Part shown: positions 24,561 through 39,665 of the stretch, piece by piece | How positions within the stretch are numbered: the stretch's first letter is position 1 | How the letters are laid out: the number at the start of each line of letters is the position of its first letter | Assembly: GCA_951406725.2 (NCBI GenBank) | Contig: OX597824.1 | Span: 60,388,001-60,452,000 of the forward strand | Direction: 5' to 3' | Length of the DNA: 64,000 nucleotides | Origin: Octopus vulgaris | Lineage: Eukaryota | Notes under the pieces: generated by a model | Seen by the model: the letters and a program-made list of their open reading frames with translations, nothing else | The model's database searches: none | What the model was told of the DNA's origin: nothing | Program-made: the position numbers and the translations under genes

Positions 24561-25055
24561 ATGATGCATCAACATATAGCACTATCGTTACCTATGCGGT
24601 TTTATATTTATGCCATCCATGGCTATTTCATTGAAGTGATGTTCACAGCAGCCTGGGAGTTTGTTGTTAACATGAATGTCAAGTTTCCTGGAAACACAAG
24701 TGTCTGGTCTCTGTTGATTTATGGGGTTGCAATCCTTGTTGTTGAACAGATTCATTATCGCTTACAGGACACAGTACCATTGCTGTGTCGAGGACTTATT
24801 TACATGTTGTGGACTTACCTATGGGAATTCAGCACCGGTTATATATTAACACGTTTTGACGCCTGCCCTTGGGACTATGATAATTTTGACTGGGATATTA
24901 TGGGTCTAGTGACACTTGAGTATGCACCTTTATGGTTCTTTGGTGGTATCCTTACAGAGAAAATCCTAATATTCTACACTCGTCATCTATACTGGGGACC
25001 TTACATGGATTCAACACGCTACCAAGGGATGAATGGTCATATAAAAATGAAATAG
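24561..25055 (+). CDS. TMEM229B: Transmembrane protein 229B-like (TMEM229 family), single or terminal coding exon
   Basis: 164-aa non-repetitive ORF with family motifs RFYIYAIHGYFIEVMFTAAWEF, FPGNTSVWSLLIYG, YLWEFSTG, CPWDY, MGLVTLEYAPLWF. A polypyrimidine tract plus CAG acceptor (ttttttcttccag) ends at 24513. Confidence 0.93.
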   Translation: MMHQHIALSLPMRFYIYAIHGYFIEVMFTAAWEFVVNMNVKFPGNTSVWSLLIYGVAILVVEQIHYRLQDTVPLLCRGLIYMLWTYLWEFSTGYILTRFDACPWDYDNFDWDIMGLVTLEYAPLWFFGGILTEKILIFYTRHLYWGPYMDSTRYQGMNGHIKMK

Positions 25056-27633
25056 TGGGATGAAATGTCAAAAGTTAGCTGAGTGAGAGTGAGAGGGAGT
25101 GTAAGAGAGTGAGAAAGAGACAAAACAAAACATGTTTATAATTTCAAAGGAGGATTCTTCCTATCTTCTCAGTTTGCAGCCATTTGGCTGTGGCCATTCT
25201 GGGGCACCATCAGGACTGTTCTTATCATTCTTCCTGCTATTCCATCAGGTATTTCAAGGAAGAATTTTTTTTGCTGCTGTTGGGTACAATACAGTGGGGG
25301 AAAAAACAAAAAGAAAAATTAAACAATTTTGTGTGTGTGCGTGTGTGCATGAGAGAGTGTGAATGTATGTGTGCATGTGTGTGTATGTATGAGAATGTGT
25401 GAATGTATGTTTGTGTGGGTGTGTATGAAAGTGTATGTGTGTGTGTATATGTGTGGATCATTTGAGCTTTAAAGTGATAGATCACCCTGGTATACACACT
25501 TAAACACACACACACACACATGACATAACTTCCTAAATATTTTTTTTGTACTGTTATATCCATTTATCTGTATTTAATACATATACATACATGTACTGTG
25601 TATTAATCTATGTATGTGTGTATATGTGTACATATATACATATATGTGTGTGTATGTGTGTGTCTGTTTATATATATGTATGTGTCTGTGTATTATATGT
25701 GTATTTGCGAATGTACATGTGTGTGTATCCATTTGTGAGGATGGGCCACATGTCTACACATGTATGTACAGACTTTTGCAGTTACCCATGGATGCAAGTC
25801 TCCTTTTACTCCATACCACCACCACCACCACTGTTGTCTAAGAGAAAGGCTACCTCTTTAAGGTCAATAGAGCTTGGAACTTGTTATTGCAGGTGTTGCT
25901 GTTAAAACACAAAAGGCCAGAACAGATAGTATAAGGCATGTTACTTGGCACTCTCTGCCAATTTACTACTCTGGATCAGTTCTTTACTTGTTGATCTTAA
26001 AAAGATGAAAAGCAAAGCTAACTTTGGTGGCATTTGAACTCAGTGTGTGGGGAATTGGAACGACTACTGCAAGGTATTGTGATGAATGTATTGGATGTGT
26101 GTGTGTTTGTGGATATATATGTATGTATATTTAATGTTTTGGATCTTTGTTGTGTATGTTGTGTACTATAATTTATTAAAAGTATGTGGCACATTTAATA
26201 GATTTCTCTAAAAAGGAACTATAAGCTCCATTTTTTTGTATTCATCTAAAATGAATGATGATTGTAAGATTTTAGGTGCTGACCTTAGACTTATATTTTC
26301 CAATGCCACCAGACTAGATTTATAGAATCATTTATTTTTAGTATATTCTAAACACAAGAACTAAAGTATTTTTGTTTTTTATATATCATCTTCATGTCAC
26401 ATTCATTAGAACTTGGTTTAGTTTTAAAACTTATTTTTTTTAAAAAAGGAAAAAAAAACAAGTAATTTAATAATACCAAAATTATTGAAAATTTTCAAAT
26501 TTCCTTTTGGAAAAGAAAATAAAATTAAAAAGCCAAAGAAAACATCAAGAATAGAATTATCATTTTTACTGTTCATCTATTGTTACTTTTGACAGTGTTG
26601 CTATCAATAAGCCACAGAGCTGTCTCATGGGGTGGGTAGAGGAATGTCTTTGAGTGCCATCAAATGCTTTACAGTATTACATTCCATGGATTCGTTCAAC
26701 ACATTATTAAATATTTATTTAATTACTATTTCTATTCAAAATTGCAAATAAATAAGGGACCAGTGTGTCATAGAAAATACCGCCAAAATCCAAATAAACT
26801 TGACCAATTTTTATAAAAAAAAAAACCCAAAACTATTGCGATGGCACCATTGTGACTATTTCCCATGAGGCAAAAATCATGATAATATTGTTTCATGATC
26901 ACTAATCAATACTCTTTGTTGACTGATCACTACTCATACATTCTTATAAATGCCAGAAAATCTCTTCTTGAACAGATAAAGACTAGTGAAATCTGAAATG
27001 TATTGGCTGGCACTGGTAGTAAATAATGGCTTCTGTCCTCTGTAAATGATTCCTTGTTTTCATTGCTCATAATTGCCACTGCCATGGTCACGGCCACCAG
27101 CAAAATAATATCTGGAAATTTCCATAATATTTTTTTTTTTTTTTACTCTGATGGTTAACAAGAAAACTTGTTCCCTTCCTCCTCTTCCTCCTAATCCACC
27201 AGCAACAGGAGGGAAAGGTTTAACGAATGAAATCAGTTTGTAATTTTATCTCTTCCATTCATTGATTAACAGATTCTCATTGTTAACATGCCAATTGTTC
27301 TGGTGCCAATTACCAGTTGTCTGTTGCTGCTGCTGCCACTGCTGCTGCATTTATTGACTTCCTGTAATCTGTTTATATGTATCTAATCTGTTTATATATA
27401 TATATATATATAGGATCATGTTGTCTGAGCAACATAACAAAATAATTCTAGGTAGAACACTAGTTGCTATAATTTACCATTTTGTTCTGATAATACTCTG
27501 TAATCTTATGATAACTTCTTAAGTAACTTCACCATTAAGGACTTCTTTGTATCATTTTTACTTGGGTGTCCTTTGTTTTGGGATTTTAGAGCATATGATT
27601 CTAACAATGTATCTGTTGATCTGGACATTTTCA

Positions 27634-27683
<50 letters not shown>

Positions 27684-28388
27684 TCACACACAACAAGCAC
27701 ATTGACCATGCAAATAAAGAACCACATTGCTAGGTAATAAATAATCTGAATTGTAAGTTCATGTTGTCTGGAAGGTGTCTTTATTTGCCTTACACATAAA
27801 CTTTATAATTACCTAAAAATGTGTGTGTGTTAACCTGAGCTTTTAGAAGAAATATAGTTTTATATGAATTTATAAACAACATCTACAAAAATATATTTAA
27901 AAACTGTTGTTTAATCTTCCATAATAGACTGGTGAAAAGAATTGAAATGAATAAATTTTAGTGAAAAACCTTTTTTTTTTTTATTTCAATCAGAAAGAAA
28001 ATTATTTGTATTGTTGCATAAATATTTTAAAACTGTTGATCATTTGTGTGAAGAGCTCAGTGACAAAGAAAGGTGGATTGAAATAACACAGTATATTACT
28101 GGTAATTATATCAACTAGGAAACAATTGATTTCAGTAGGATTTCAACCTAGATTGATACCATATTTTCCAATGTTACTGTTCCTACCCATATTAACCTTC
28201 TTTTCAAATTATTTCTTTTAATACCTTATAACAATATATAATAATTAAATACTGTACTATAACACATAGTAGTTAAATACCACACTATTGATAAATAGTA
28301 ATTAAAGCCATTAGGAGTTCATCTACTCAAATCTGTTCTGCAAAGGCCTGACCATACCAAGTGTTGAAATAATGCTATAGTAGTAGTA

Positions 28389-28422
<34 letters not shown>

Positions 28423-29089
28423 TGATGATGTTACAGTGCTCAGTTTGAATAATTGGACATGTGTATCCTTAGCTTACATCTTTTCTGTTAATCATTGACA
28501 TATAATTAAGCTGCTATAGACAAGGTTTCTAAAAGTTCCCTGAAACCATGTCATGGGATCAACTCTTGCCTCACCTCATTAAAGGATCACATTAATGCAT
28601 TCATTACTTGCCCAATTTTCTCTGATTTACTGTATCACCAGGATGTTGTTATCCACTTCCTTTTCACTGTCTCTATTAAAGTCAGTCTGCAATGGTTGGA
28701 AGAAATCCTGTTTAATTAGCTCAGTTCATTGAAATAAATGGCCGATATGATGATGTGAGGTAAACTGTAGTGAAACTACAATAGAATGTGACCTTTGACT
28801 TTCCTGACTAATGTTTTGTGGTGTATATGAAAGATATTGTCATGTGTGTGTGTGATAAATATTACATGTGTTTATCATACACACACATGGCAGTGATGAC
28901 AGATATCTTTGTCAAATGTGTGATATATACATGATATATATATATATCATTTGTCATGTGCATGATATAATAAAAATCACTTGTCACATTTGTGATAAAT
29001 GACACTACCATGAGATGAATTCACCTTTTAACTTAACTTTTTAGATGAAATCAATACTATCCATGTTGTTAGTGTTTTCATATTCATTC

Positions 29090-29620
29090 CCCACTATTTT
29101 CCATATTAGTGTAGATAATCATTGCCATCATTCTGAAATCTCAGTCTCCTGTCGCCAGTTTGGGCTGAAAGAGTTTGCAGTAAATAACCTCTTCAACCTT
29201 GTATTATCTCATCTGTGAAGACAATCCTTCTTAGGCTTGATTAAACAACAACTTCCCAAGTCTTCCTTGGTCGACATCTACATTTACCTTCTACATCCAA
29301 CTCACCATCACTATTCAGTTATAAGCCTCTATCATCCACATCAATGTTGATTCTTCCTCACACCCCATCCAACATATCAATCTATTTTGTTGCTGTTAAT
29401 AATTTCTTACCTTCTCATTTCACTTCTATCACTAGTCTTTATCCCATCACATTACATATCCAATATTCAACTTACTCCTCTCTCATCATTACATGCCTTC
29501 TCTATCTCTTATTCTTTAAACACACACACACACACACACATTCCTTGTTTCAGTCTCACTGCCAATATACCATCCATGTTATGATGCACAATAAAATCAT
29601 ATTGTTTGTCTTTTACTGTG
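29090..29620 (-). mobile_element. Highly decayed RTE LINE 3' fragment
   Basis: Minus strand gives RPRKTWEVVV near 29245-29275. Confidence 0.5.
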
Positions 29621-31151
29621 GAAGGTGAATTTCCTTTTGTTGCTAGAGTTCTCGTAGCTCTATTAATCTCTAACTTCATATCTACCACTAGTTTACTAGC
29701 TTAGCTCAGCTAAGTAAACAAACATATTTACCAATTTTATTAAATCAAATGGTTCAAGGCTGTTCATGTCTGCTATATCAGTGCATCTAGTAAATATAAA
29801 GTTGTTCCTGCTACAACACTATTGTGCTCACTACTACTGATACATCATACTTACTATTGTTTCTTCTAAACACATCAAAGCCACATCCTAGCAATACAAG
29901 ACTATTATACTTCCTACCACCAACCAATACCATAGTTTGGGCTAGTTTATCTTTTTCATGTTTCACTTCAGGCTAATACTTCAACTTTTTAACTCAGACA
30001 CTTTATCATCACTATTTCTCTTTCCAGCTCTATCCAATCATTCTCTTCCTTTTCTCTAAAATGTGAGTAGTCACATAGCTCTTTTACTGTAAGAAACCTG
30101 CTCAGCTCTGGCCTCTTTTCTCATACTTCCCCTGCTCATCTCTTAGCATAAATCTGCTCCCTTGGGGGTTCATAGTCTTGCAAGCTAATGGCAACCTCAC
30201 TAGTTCTGGTGCCATACAAAAAGCATCTAGTACATGCCGTACTAGATGGCATTAGAAGTGGTTGGCATTAGAAAGAGCATCCAGCTATAGAAACCATGCC
30301 AGAGCAGACAAATAAGCATGATGCAGTCCTTGAACCCATAAGTCATACAGTGCAGCCTATGCCAACATGAACATTAATTAAATAATGAAAGCTCATACAC
30401 AAAGCTGCTGTCAACATTCAATTCTAAACTCTTGTAGTCGGACACCAGTTAGTAGGATAAAGTGATTGAATGACATATCATTAGTAGACACCCAAATATG
30501 TTTTATGATGCCGTAATTAGTTCACAGTGCAGGACTGTGACTTATAAACCATGTATCTTGCTTAAGGGAACACTGGTATCTGTTGAATGATTTGAACCCA
30601 TGTTATAATCTGAATTCTATCTGTTCCAATGATAGCAATGGATAAATCATGTTTAATAATTATTTTGACTCTTGACTGAAGCCTTGTCAATAAAAAGTCT
30701 TTAACAATGCCACCAATGGAATACTAAATTGGTGTAAAGTGTGAGCAAATGAACCATATTGGGTTGGATTAATGAGAGCCAGGGTATTGATCTATTTAAA
30801 ATGAAATAGGCTGAGCTGAGGTTTTTGCCATTCCAACGATAGGACTCCCCTTTAAATGTTGCAGAATGTTCAAGTAATTACTGTTCTTGAATGGCCTGTT
30901 TGTGTAGTGGAAGGTAACTTATATATAGCTTCCTTGAAGTTGTCGGTAAAAACTATTAATTGTTTGTAAAACTGTGACCTTTGGCAAAATGACAAAATGT
31001 ACCAATATAGGAGGAGTGCTTGACATTCAGTTGAAAACAAAAAAGCTCTAGAGATAACCTTACTTAGTTTGCCAGAATGACCAGTATGTTTTGAAATGGC
31101 TAAAATCAAACAAAATATATTAATGGTATTTGATAAATTTCTAAAGACACA

Positions 31152-31183
<32 letters not shown>

Positions 31184-33937
31184 ACTCTCACACACACTGA
31201 GTGTTTTTAGAAATTAAATACCATACATTCACACATGATACACATGTTTGGATGTACATATAGAAGAAAGAGTACTCTATACATATAGTGGACTTTATTC
31301 ATTTAAAGCTATGATTCACTTTGTTGCTACTCTGAGTTATATGCAATCATTAAAGTGATTATCTTATCTGAAAGATCACACATAACAAGAAACTTTGATT
31401 AGCAATGGAATAAATTGTCATCTGCAAACAAGTGTGTGTATGTATCTATGTGCATGTGTTTGTGTAATTATATATTGTGTGTGTTCCAACTTATGAAGAA
31501 ATAAATTAAAAAAAAAAAGAAACACAAATTCTTCTAGAGTAACTATCATTATTGCAATATAGTATTTAGTCTTTGAGAAGATGTAATGGCCATGGTTGGA
31601 ACCATTAACCTCTTCAGAGTAAACCTAGGCCTAAACAGCAGCAACAACAAATTCACTCATACACAATTAACTGGTTATAAATTACATATATTAGCAATTC
31701 ATTACATATATTAATATTATAGTCCCAATACAAAATTTAGTTTACTTAGCACTAACAAGGATTGATCTATGACTCTCTTGCTGACTGGACAACAAAGTGT
31801 ATTACCTACTACAGAGTGAGAGACATTGCCATTATTAACTTTTTTGTCTCACTGCCTTATAACCTGGTTGTTTCTATTATCCCAGGTACACCACCATACC
31901 TGTCATCTCACCCTAGCTGCCAATGTCCCCTGGTGTGGAAAGAAAGAGAGGGTAGGGTATAGCAGAGAGGATACAGGGTTAATTAAAGTCAACACTATTT
32001 ACCCTACACAAAAGAAAAAAATACATGTAAATTATAGTTTGTATGTGTGTAGATGTTACTGCTGTAGCATAGCCATAGCATAATGGCTTGAATCAGTTTT
32101 CATTTTAAAATCTTAATTATAACAATGTATGTAGTGGGGCTCCATATTAACCTGAACAAGACAGTCAAAGAGAGAGTAACATAGGAACTGAGGGTTGAGT
32201 GAGTAGCAGTGAGAGTGGCAGAACCTTTTTCTTTTTCTTTTTTAATGATGTTGAGAAGGCTATGAAAACAAGCAGATGACAGATAAAGGACAGTTAGATA
32301 AGGAATATATTGTCTGTATTATGGTAGATTATCAGAGTTGGTATAGCATCAGTGGGGGCATGTCTTGTGTTTAGCTGAACCTATTTACATTTCATCTTTT
32401 TGGGGTCAGTAATTGACTGTCCCCTTCTCTTAGATATCTATGGCCTTGAGCCAATGTTAGAAATTAGTTGTTTAGCAAAAACAATGAGAAACATTTAGTT
32501 GTATGAGGTGATTAGCATCTATTTTAAAGGGTAGTCATTAAATGGAAGAGGGTATGTTAGTAGTGCCACAAGTTTTGATCTGATTTTAATTAATACCTCT
32601 GTTGTCAGCTGAAGGCAGCTCTAGAAATATCATGTTTTTGAAATAAATATTGTAAAAGAAGAAAAGAATTTCATTAAAAAGAAAACCTGTTTTTAGTTGA
32701 GTTTTTGATATTTTTAAAACTGAATACATTTTAGTTTAACATTAATTTATGTTACTAATCAAAGACAGTTTTTAAGTATATTTAACTGGTTTTCCTTGTT
32801 TTATTTTTATCATTTGTTGAAATTATAATAATGAGCTTACTATACACAGTACTCATGTATACTACCACCTGTTTGAAAACAGTAAAAGCAAGGACATAAA
32901 GCAGCAATAAGTCAAATGAAGAAAAATAGCAATGATTGCCAAAAGTACATGCAGAGTAACAAAGTAAAATATAAATAGACAGAAAAGTGGCCAGTAACAA
33001 AGCTATAAAAAAAAAAGAAAATGGATGCATAGGACATCAAGATTAATGCTAGTGAATTTTGGACAGCATGGAATCTTTGAAGGATGCAGTGTCTTGACAG
33101 CTAACATCTGATGGGGATAGTTTGTTCTATGCTTTAATAATTCTGAGCATGAAAGGCCATGAGTGCTGTGCTTTTTTTTTTTATATTTCCTCTTCCTTAT
33201 TCAACAAATAATTGAAACTTTAGCCTTTTAGTGTAGCTTTTATGTAAGACACAGAACTCTTCTAGACTTAGTCTGCTTAACTGACAACAAGTTGCAGGTG
33301 GTAAGAATGATTGTGAGCAAAAAGAAAAAAAAAATCACATTCACCCCAAGTCATCCTTCCTAATGAAAACAATACATTTTAAAATATTTTTATTATAAAA
33401 AAAATAAAGAGAAGTAAGATTAGCACATATATTAAAAACAGATGGTTTGCTCTTTACATTTTACCCCATGGCTCAATAAGTACCAGTAATACACTATGGT
33501 CAAGTAAATCATTTGTTTCCTATCTTGAATTTCATCAGTGTTTTTTGCTCTTTATTTTTTCGTTTTTGTTTTTTCTATTCAAATGTATATGTATTTTGTT
33601 TATAATTTATTTTCATTTATCACAATCATCATCATCATTATTATAATGCTCACTTTTCCATGTTTGCATGTTGTTTATTGAGGAATGATTTTAGCATGAC
33701 TGTGTAGTCAAGAAGCTTACTTCCCAACCATGTGTTTTGGGGTTCAATCCTACTGCGTGGCACTTCAGACGAGTATCTTGTACTTCAGCTCCAGGCTAAC
33801 CAAATCCTTGTGAGTGGCTTTGCTAGACAGAAACTGAAAGAAAACCCTTTGCATGTACATATATATATATACACACATTCACAAAAATTCTATAATTAAT
33901 AAGCATAATTATAATTAGGGTTCAGCAAAATTGGTAC

Positions 33938-33969
<32 letters not shown>

Positions 33970-34645
33970 TACAGAAAAGTGGAGGTTAAAATGACTATTA
34001 TTATTATTATTATTATCTTCAAATTTTATCCCCTGCCTCCTATTTTAACTAATAACAGCTGATGTCTGCTGTAGAAAAGCATTATTTTGGTAAAAAAAAA
34101 CAACCATTTTTTCCATCAGAATTCGTTATCATTATTGAAATAATTCTCTTATGCAAATCCCGTGTATTCACAGTAGAAGGTTTATTAAAAGGAATGCATT
34201 CAATATAGAAGTCTTTAATGACTCAAAAGCTACATTTGCTATTTCTCTTTTTCTCCTTTTCATTACAATTGTGGCTGAGATGATAAAACTGGCTATTTTA
34301 CTGTATCAATGTTTTGTGTTCAAATCTCACTGTGGTTGGGCTTGACTGTTCATTCCTTCAGTTTTCAATAAAAGAAGAACCACTGATATTTGACCAACAT
34401 GTGAGGAAGTCTGTGTTCTACAGTGATAAGTTCTTGGCGATTTGAGGTTGTATAGTAGTTTCAATAATTCTCTGCAACTGCAATGTCATTTTAATGTTAT
34501 CCATACTTTAGGGCAATGTATGAATGTCCCTCAATTCTCTGATTATTATTGTAATAATCGAGCCAGAAATTTTACTTTCAGGAAGCTACTTCAACTTTAC
34601 AAACTCTTAATACTGATATTACCATTGTTGTTGTTGCTATTATTA

Positions 34646-35093
34646 AAGCAGTGAGCTGGCAGAATCATTAACGCACTGGACAAAATAATTAGTGGCATTT
34701 CTTCCAACTTTACATTCTGAGTCCAAATGCCATTAAAGTTGACTTTGTTTTTCATCCTTTAGGGATTGATAAAATAAATACCAGTTGACCACTGGGGCTG
34801 ATGTAATTGACTTAACCCTCATCTCAAAATTGCTAGTCTTGTGCCAAAATTAGGAAATAGTATTATTAAGATGGTAAGCTGATAAAATCATAGACACATT
34901 GGATAAAATGTTTAGCGGAATTTCTTCTGGCTCTTTACATACTGACCTTAAATTTTACTGGGGCCAGCTTTGCATTTCATCTTTCTGGGGTTGATAAAAT
35001 AAAGTACCAGTCAAGTACTGGGGTCAATGAAATCAACTAACCCTCTCCCCAAAATTTCAGGTCTTGTGTCTATAGTAGAAAGCATTACTATTA
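34646..35093 (+). mobile_element. Two tandem SINE family A copies
   Basis: The consensus appears twice, head-to-tail. Confidence 0.8.
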
Positions 35094-35179
35094 TTGGTTG
35101 GGGGAAAAAATCACCTGTCCTATAAACTTTACATATATATATATGCCAGACAGATTTGTTTGCTGCACTTTCAGGAAAC

Positions 35180-37150
35180 TATTGTAACAGGCATCAGGAT
35201 GGGAGAATTCCAAGTTTAGAGAGCATTGCTGATAAAGGTCTCACACAAGGGGGATATTATTGATAATTCTGGCCCATAAGTCTAATAGCAGGGTTGCAGA
35301 TTTTGGCCAAGGTGCTAGCGGAGAGGTTGGTGACTGTTGTAAGTAGTAAGATAAGGAAAGCACCAACCTGTGTGATCCCATGAAGACTGATCCATGAAAA
35401 ATTCCACCTCCTTCAATACATCATAGCAAGGTTAGGTAACAAACCTGGCTTTAGTAGATCTCTAATGAAACCTTTTGACAGGGTCGACCCAAGTTACTTA
35501 GTAGGTGTACTCAGTGCAGCTGGGTTCAGTGCCATTTGCTTAGATTAAATGGTCTCCTGTTAGAACCATTTTGAATTACATGCTTGGTCAATTAAGATTA
35601 TTCTCCCTCATCTCTTTTGTATGTACCAGATATTGAGCCTCTGCTGTAGAAACTATTGGTACTGAGGGACATCCTGTTCAAACTGAGAGATGATTGAGAA
35701 TTGTTTGTGAATGTAGGCATCACCATAATATTATCAAAAGACAAGAGGTTTGGCACCATCCTAAAGGAATAAGAAGTGGTGACAGGAGCAAAAAATTAAT
35801 CCAAATAAATAAGTGAGCTTCCAAGTTGGCATCTGGAGAGGCAAGTCCATGCTACTAGCCAGTGTCATTGGTTACTGGACTGATGTGCCCAATTAAGTTG
35901 CTTGTGATCTGGTTGTGGCTAGAAAACCTGAATGAAATTAGAAAAATGTAGTTAATCATACCTAGAAATGAGCTGAGAGGAAGCTATCTCTGAAAGATCA
36001 GGTATAGGTAACAAATATATACATCACCTGTGTCATATACTACTGCTTGACTATTGCAGCTTGTTCCAGTTTTTCTCTGATCAGGTTAGACCATCTGCTC
36101 TTCCACTTCTGTGGAAGAGTTGCATTCCTTTGATCAAGCTGTCCATCTACTGTCAGTGGTCTTTGCGTGAAAGATTGTTATGCAGTGACTGATGATGCGT
36201 AGACATGCACTGTGGCTGTTGCATTTACAAATATTCCTGGATGGTGAGCAGGTGTAGCGCCTCTTTGTTAGGGATGTTTTCCTACTGCACGTCTCTTTGG
36301 TAAACAAAAACCAAGCCTTGATGCCTGGAACCTGGAATGTTGCCAGATACAGATTAGTGATAAGGGAGAATGATAACTTTCTTGGACTTTGCCAAGAATC
36401 AGTTGTCTGCTCTATCTGAGGGGACTTTCTGTCTGGAGGTTATGGATAATCTCCTGAAATCGTGGCCTGGTAGTTTTGCCATGAAAGAGGGGCATTGCTG
36501 GCTCATGATAAACTCTATAGACATGGAATTATTTTCAGCTAGGCCTCTCTTCAGTGCTTGCAGAGTGAAGAAGCTATTCTACTCACACTCATTCAGTATC
36601 CAAGCATTGTTGACTTGTCAAACAGCTGTTGACACAGGTAAGACTAGTCTGTCTACCAGTGGAATCCATTGTGATGGATTCTTTATTACATTCCTTTGTC
36701 TAAGAAGTTCATCATGATAATCATTTTACAACCTTCTTTTATCTAAGAAAGGCAGGTGGTTTCCTCTGTCTTGTAGCTCTGGCAAAAGAGATTGTGTGGT
36801 GCATGTGACTTCAAGGACTGAAGATAGATATTTACTTCTTTAGCCAAGCCCTCATTGTCTTTATCAAGTTCCACTTTGTTAAAAGGGGTGTGAAAATGGT
36901 GGACATGACCCAAATAAATGGATCAGTTGTCAGGTTGCACCTGCAGGCCTAAGACTGCAACTGCAGAGAGCGCTTAGACTTCATGGTTAAGGTAATCTTA
37001 GATCTGTGGGGATTCTGTATTTAGCCTTTAGGGGTATACTGTGTATACTGTAGCTTTCCATTTAATTTCAGTGTAAACCTCAAGTGTTTCTGTAACCTAT
37101 TCTTGTATAATGTCTCACCATTCATTGTTTTAGTGGCAATAATAAAAAAT
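35180..37150 (+). mobile_element. Decayed L1/Tx1-clade LINE RT region
   Basis: Fragments FWPISL, ILAKVLAERL, KPFDRVD, VLSAAGF and AERKLSLK. A-rich 3' end aataataaaaaa. Confidence 0.7.
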
Positions 37151-37160
37151 TGCTATTATT

Positions 37161-37752
37161 AAGGTGGTGAGCTAGCAGAATCATTAGCATGTCGTGCAAA
37201 ATGTTTAGTGACGTTTTGTTCGTTTTTGTTTCAAATCCAAATTCCATTAAGGTCGACTTTGCCTTTCATCCTTTCGGGGTAGATAAAATAAGTACCAGTT
37301 GAACATTGGGGTCAATCTAATCGACTTATCCCCTCCTGCAAAATTGTTGGCCTTGTGCCAAAATTTGAAACCATTGTTATTATTATTAATGCCACTGGGG
37401 TTGACTTTGCTTTTCATCCTTTTGAGGTTGATAAAATAAGTACCAGTTGAATACTGGGATGAGGTGCGGGTCAATGTAATTGACTCACCCCTCCCTAAAA
37501 TTGCTGGCCTTGTGTTGAAATTATTATTATTATTATTATATGAAGGCCGCAAGCTGGCAGAATTGTTAGCACACTGGACAAAATGCTTAGCGGTATTTTG
37601 ACCATCGCTATGTTCTGAGGTCAAATTCCACCGAGGTCAACTTTGCCTATCAGCCTTTTGAGGTTGATAAATTAAGTACCAGTGAAACACTGGGGTTGAT
37701 GTTATTGAATAGTCCCCAGCCCCGCAATAATTTAGTAGAAAGGATTATTAGT

Positions 37753-37798
<46 letters not shown>

Positions 37799-39215
37799 CG
37801 GTGAGCTGGTAGAATCGTTAACATGCCAGGAAAAATGCTTAGCAGCAATTCCTCCATCATTACATTCTGAGTTCAAATTCTGACATGGTCAACTTTACCT
37901 CTCATCCTTTTGGGATCAATAAAATAAGTACCAGTTGAACACTGGGGTCAATGTAATTGACTTACCCCCTCCTCGAAGTTGCTGGCCTTGTGCCAAAATT
38001 TGAATCTATCATTATTATTATTATTATTTAGGCGGTGAGCTGGCAGAATCATTAGCATGCCAGGTGAAATGCTTAGTGGTATTTCATCTGTATTTCTGGG
38101 TTCAAATTCCGCCGAGGCTGACTTGGCCTTTCATCCTTTTGGGGTTGATGAAATAAGTACCAGTTACACACTGGGGTCAATGTAAATTGATTTACCCTTC
38201 CTCCAAAACTGCTGGCCTTGTGCCAAAATTTGAAACCATTATTATTATGATCATTATATCTTCCTTGCATGGTATGAATATAAAAAACTAGTTTTTGTTG
38301 TTTTTTTCTTCATGTTAATTCTGAAGCCTTAACAAAAGGCCTTAGAAGGTACCTTTCTAAGAATATGAGCTGTTCTAAGGAGAGCAGCAGAATTTTGAAG
38401 CACTTGCATATCTGTTATGATGTCAAACCATTCCAGGTTTTATGTTAAATTTCTAGAGATTGAACCCTAGACTCCAATGACAACTGGTGCAACTTTCACT
38501 TTTACTGCTAGGCATTGTCACATACTTGATAACTCTACTTTTAATATCAGTATATTTTGAGATAATCTCCCTTATCTGTAATGATTTTACCTGAAGGAAT
38601 TGTGACTATTATTTTTTTTAATTATTATTATTGTTATTATTAATATTATTACCAAAGTGGTGAAGGGAATGAGTTGGCAGAATCGTTAGCACACCAGACA
38701 AAATGCTTAGTGGCACTTCTTCCAGCTTAATGTTCTGAAACCAAATACTGTCATGGTTAACCTGGCCTTTTATCCTTTTGGAGTTGATAAAATAAGACAC
38801 CAATAAAGTACTGCGGTTGATGTAGCCAATTTATCCCCTCCTCCAAAATTTCAGGCCTTGTGCCTGTTTTATTGGGGTCAGTAAAATAAGTACCATTTGA
38901 GCACTGAAGTCAATGTAATTGGCTTAGCTGTCTCCTGAAATTGTTAGTCTTCTGTCAAAATTAGAAAGAATTAATTGTTATTATTTATATCATAACTGAG
39001 GTGGTGAGCTGGCAAAATCATTAGTGTATCAGACAAAAATACCTTGTGCCATTTCTTTTGGTTCTATGTTCTGAGCTCAAATACTGTCATGGTCAACTTC
39101 GATTTTCATCCTTTCTGGATCAATAAATAACTACCAGTTAAATACAGGGGATGATGTATTCATCTAAGCTCCTTCCCACAAAATCTTGGGCCTTGTGTCC
39201 ATAATAGAAAGAACT
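37161..39215 (+). mobile_element. Cluster of about seven head-to-tail SINE family A copies
   Basis: Copies start near 37161, 37389 (partial), 37543, 37797, 38029, 38668 and 38999, separated by (ATT)n. Confidence 0.85.
38270..38620 (-). mobile_element. Decayed R4/Dong LINE 3' end
   Basis: Minus strand gives LQNSAALLRTAHILRKV, like the end of the 4.7-kb copy. Confidence 0.55.
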
Positions 39216-39294
39216 GTTGTTTTTGTCATTATTAACAATGATTTGCCACAGAAGACAGAAACTACTACTACTACTGCTCTTAATAATAATGACC

Positions 39295-39665
39295 ATTTCT
39301 ACTATATGCACAAGGCCTGAAATTTTGTGGATAGGTTGCTAGTTAATTACATTGATCCCAGTGCTTGACTAAGACTTAATTGATCATGATAGGATGAAAG
39401 GTATAGTTCAACTTCAGCAGAATCTGAACTCCAGTAGAAATGCTGCTAAGCATTCTTTGTTTCAAATTTTGGTACAAGGTCAGCAATTTTAGGATATTGG
39501 GGTGTTTTACCCCCGTACTTGCCTGATACTTTGTTAAATTGACCCTGAAAGGACAACAGGTAAAATTGACTTTGCCAGAATTTGAACTCACAACATAGAG
39601 AACTGCTAAGCATTTTCATCTGATGCACTAACGATTTTGCCAGCTTGCTAACGATTTTACTACCT
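39295..39665 (-). mobile_element. Two SINE family A copies on the minus strand
   Basis: cacaaggcctgaaatttt...gaatttgaactc...ctaagcatttt. Confidence 0.7.

Noticed and set aside
17685-25905. Many C/V/Y/M- or H/T-rich ORFs
   Set aside because: Translations of (TG)/(TATG)/(CA) microsatellites.
27247-27351. Short Q-rich minus-strand ORF (MQQQWQQQQQ...)
   Set aside because: Only 34 codons, driven by a CAG microsatellite; probably within the 3' region of the plus-strand gene.
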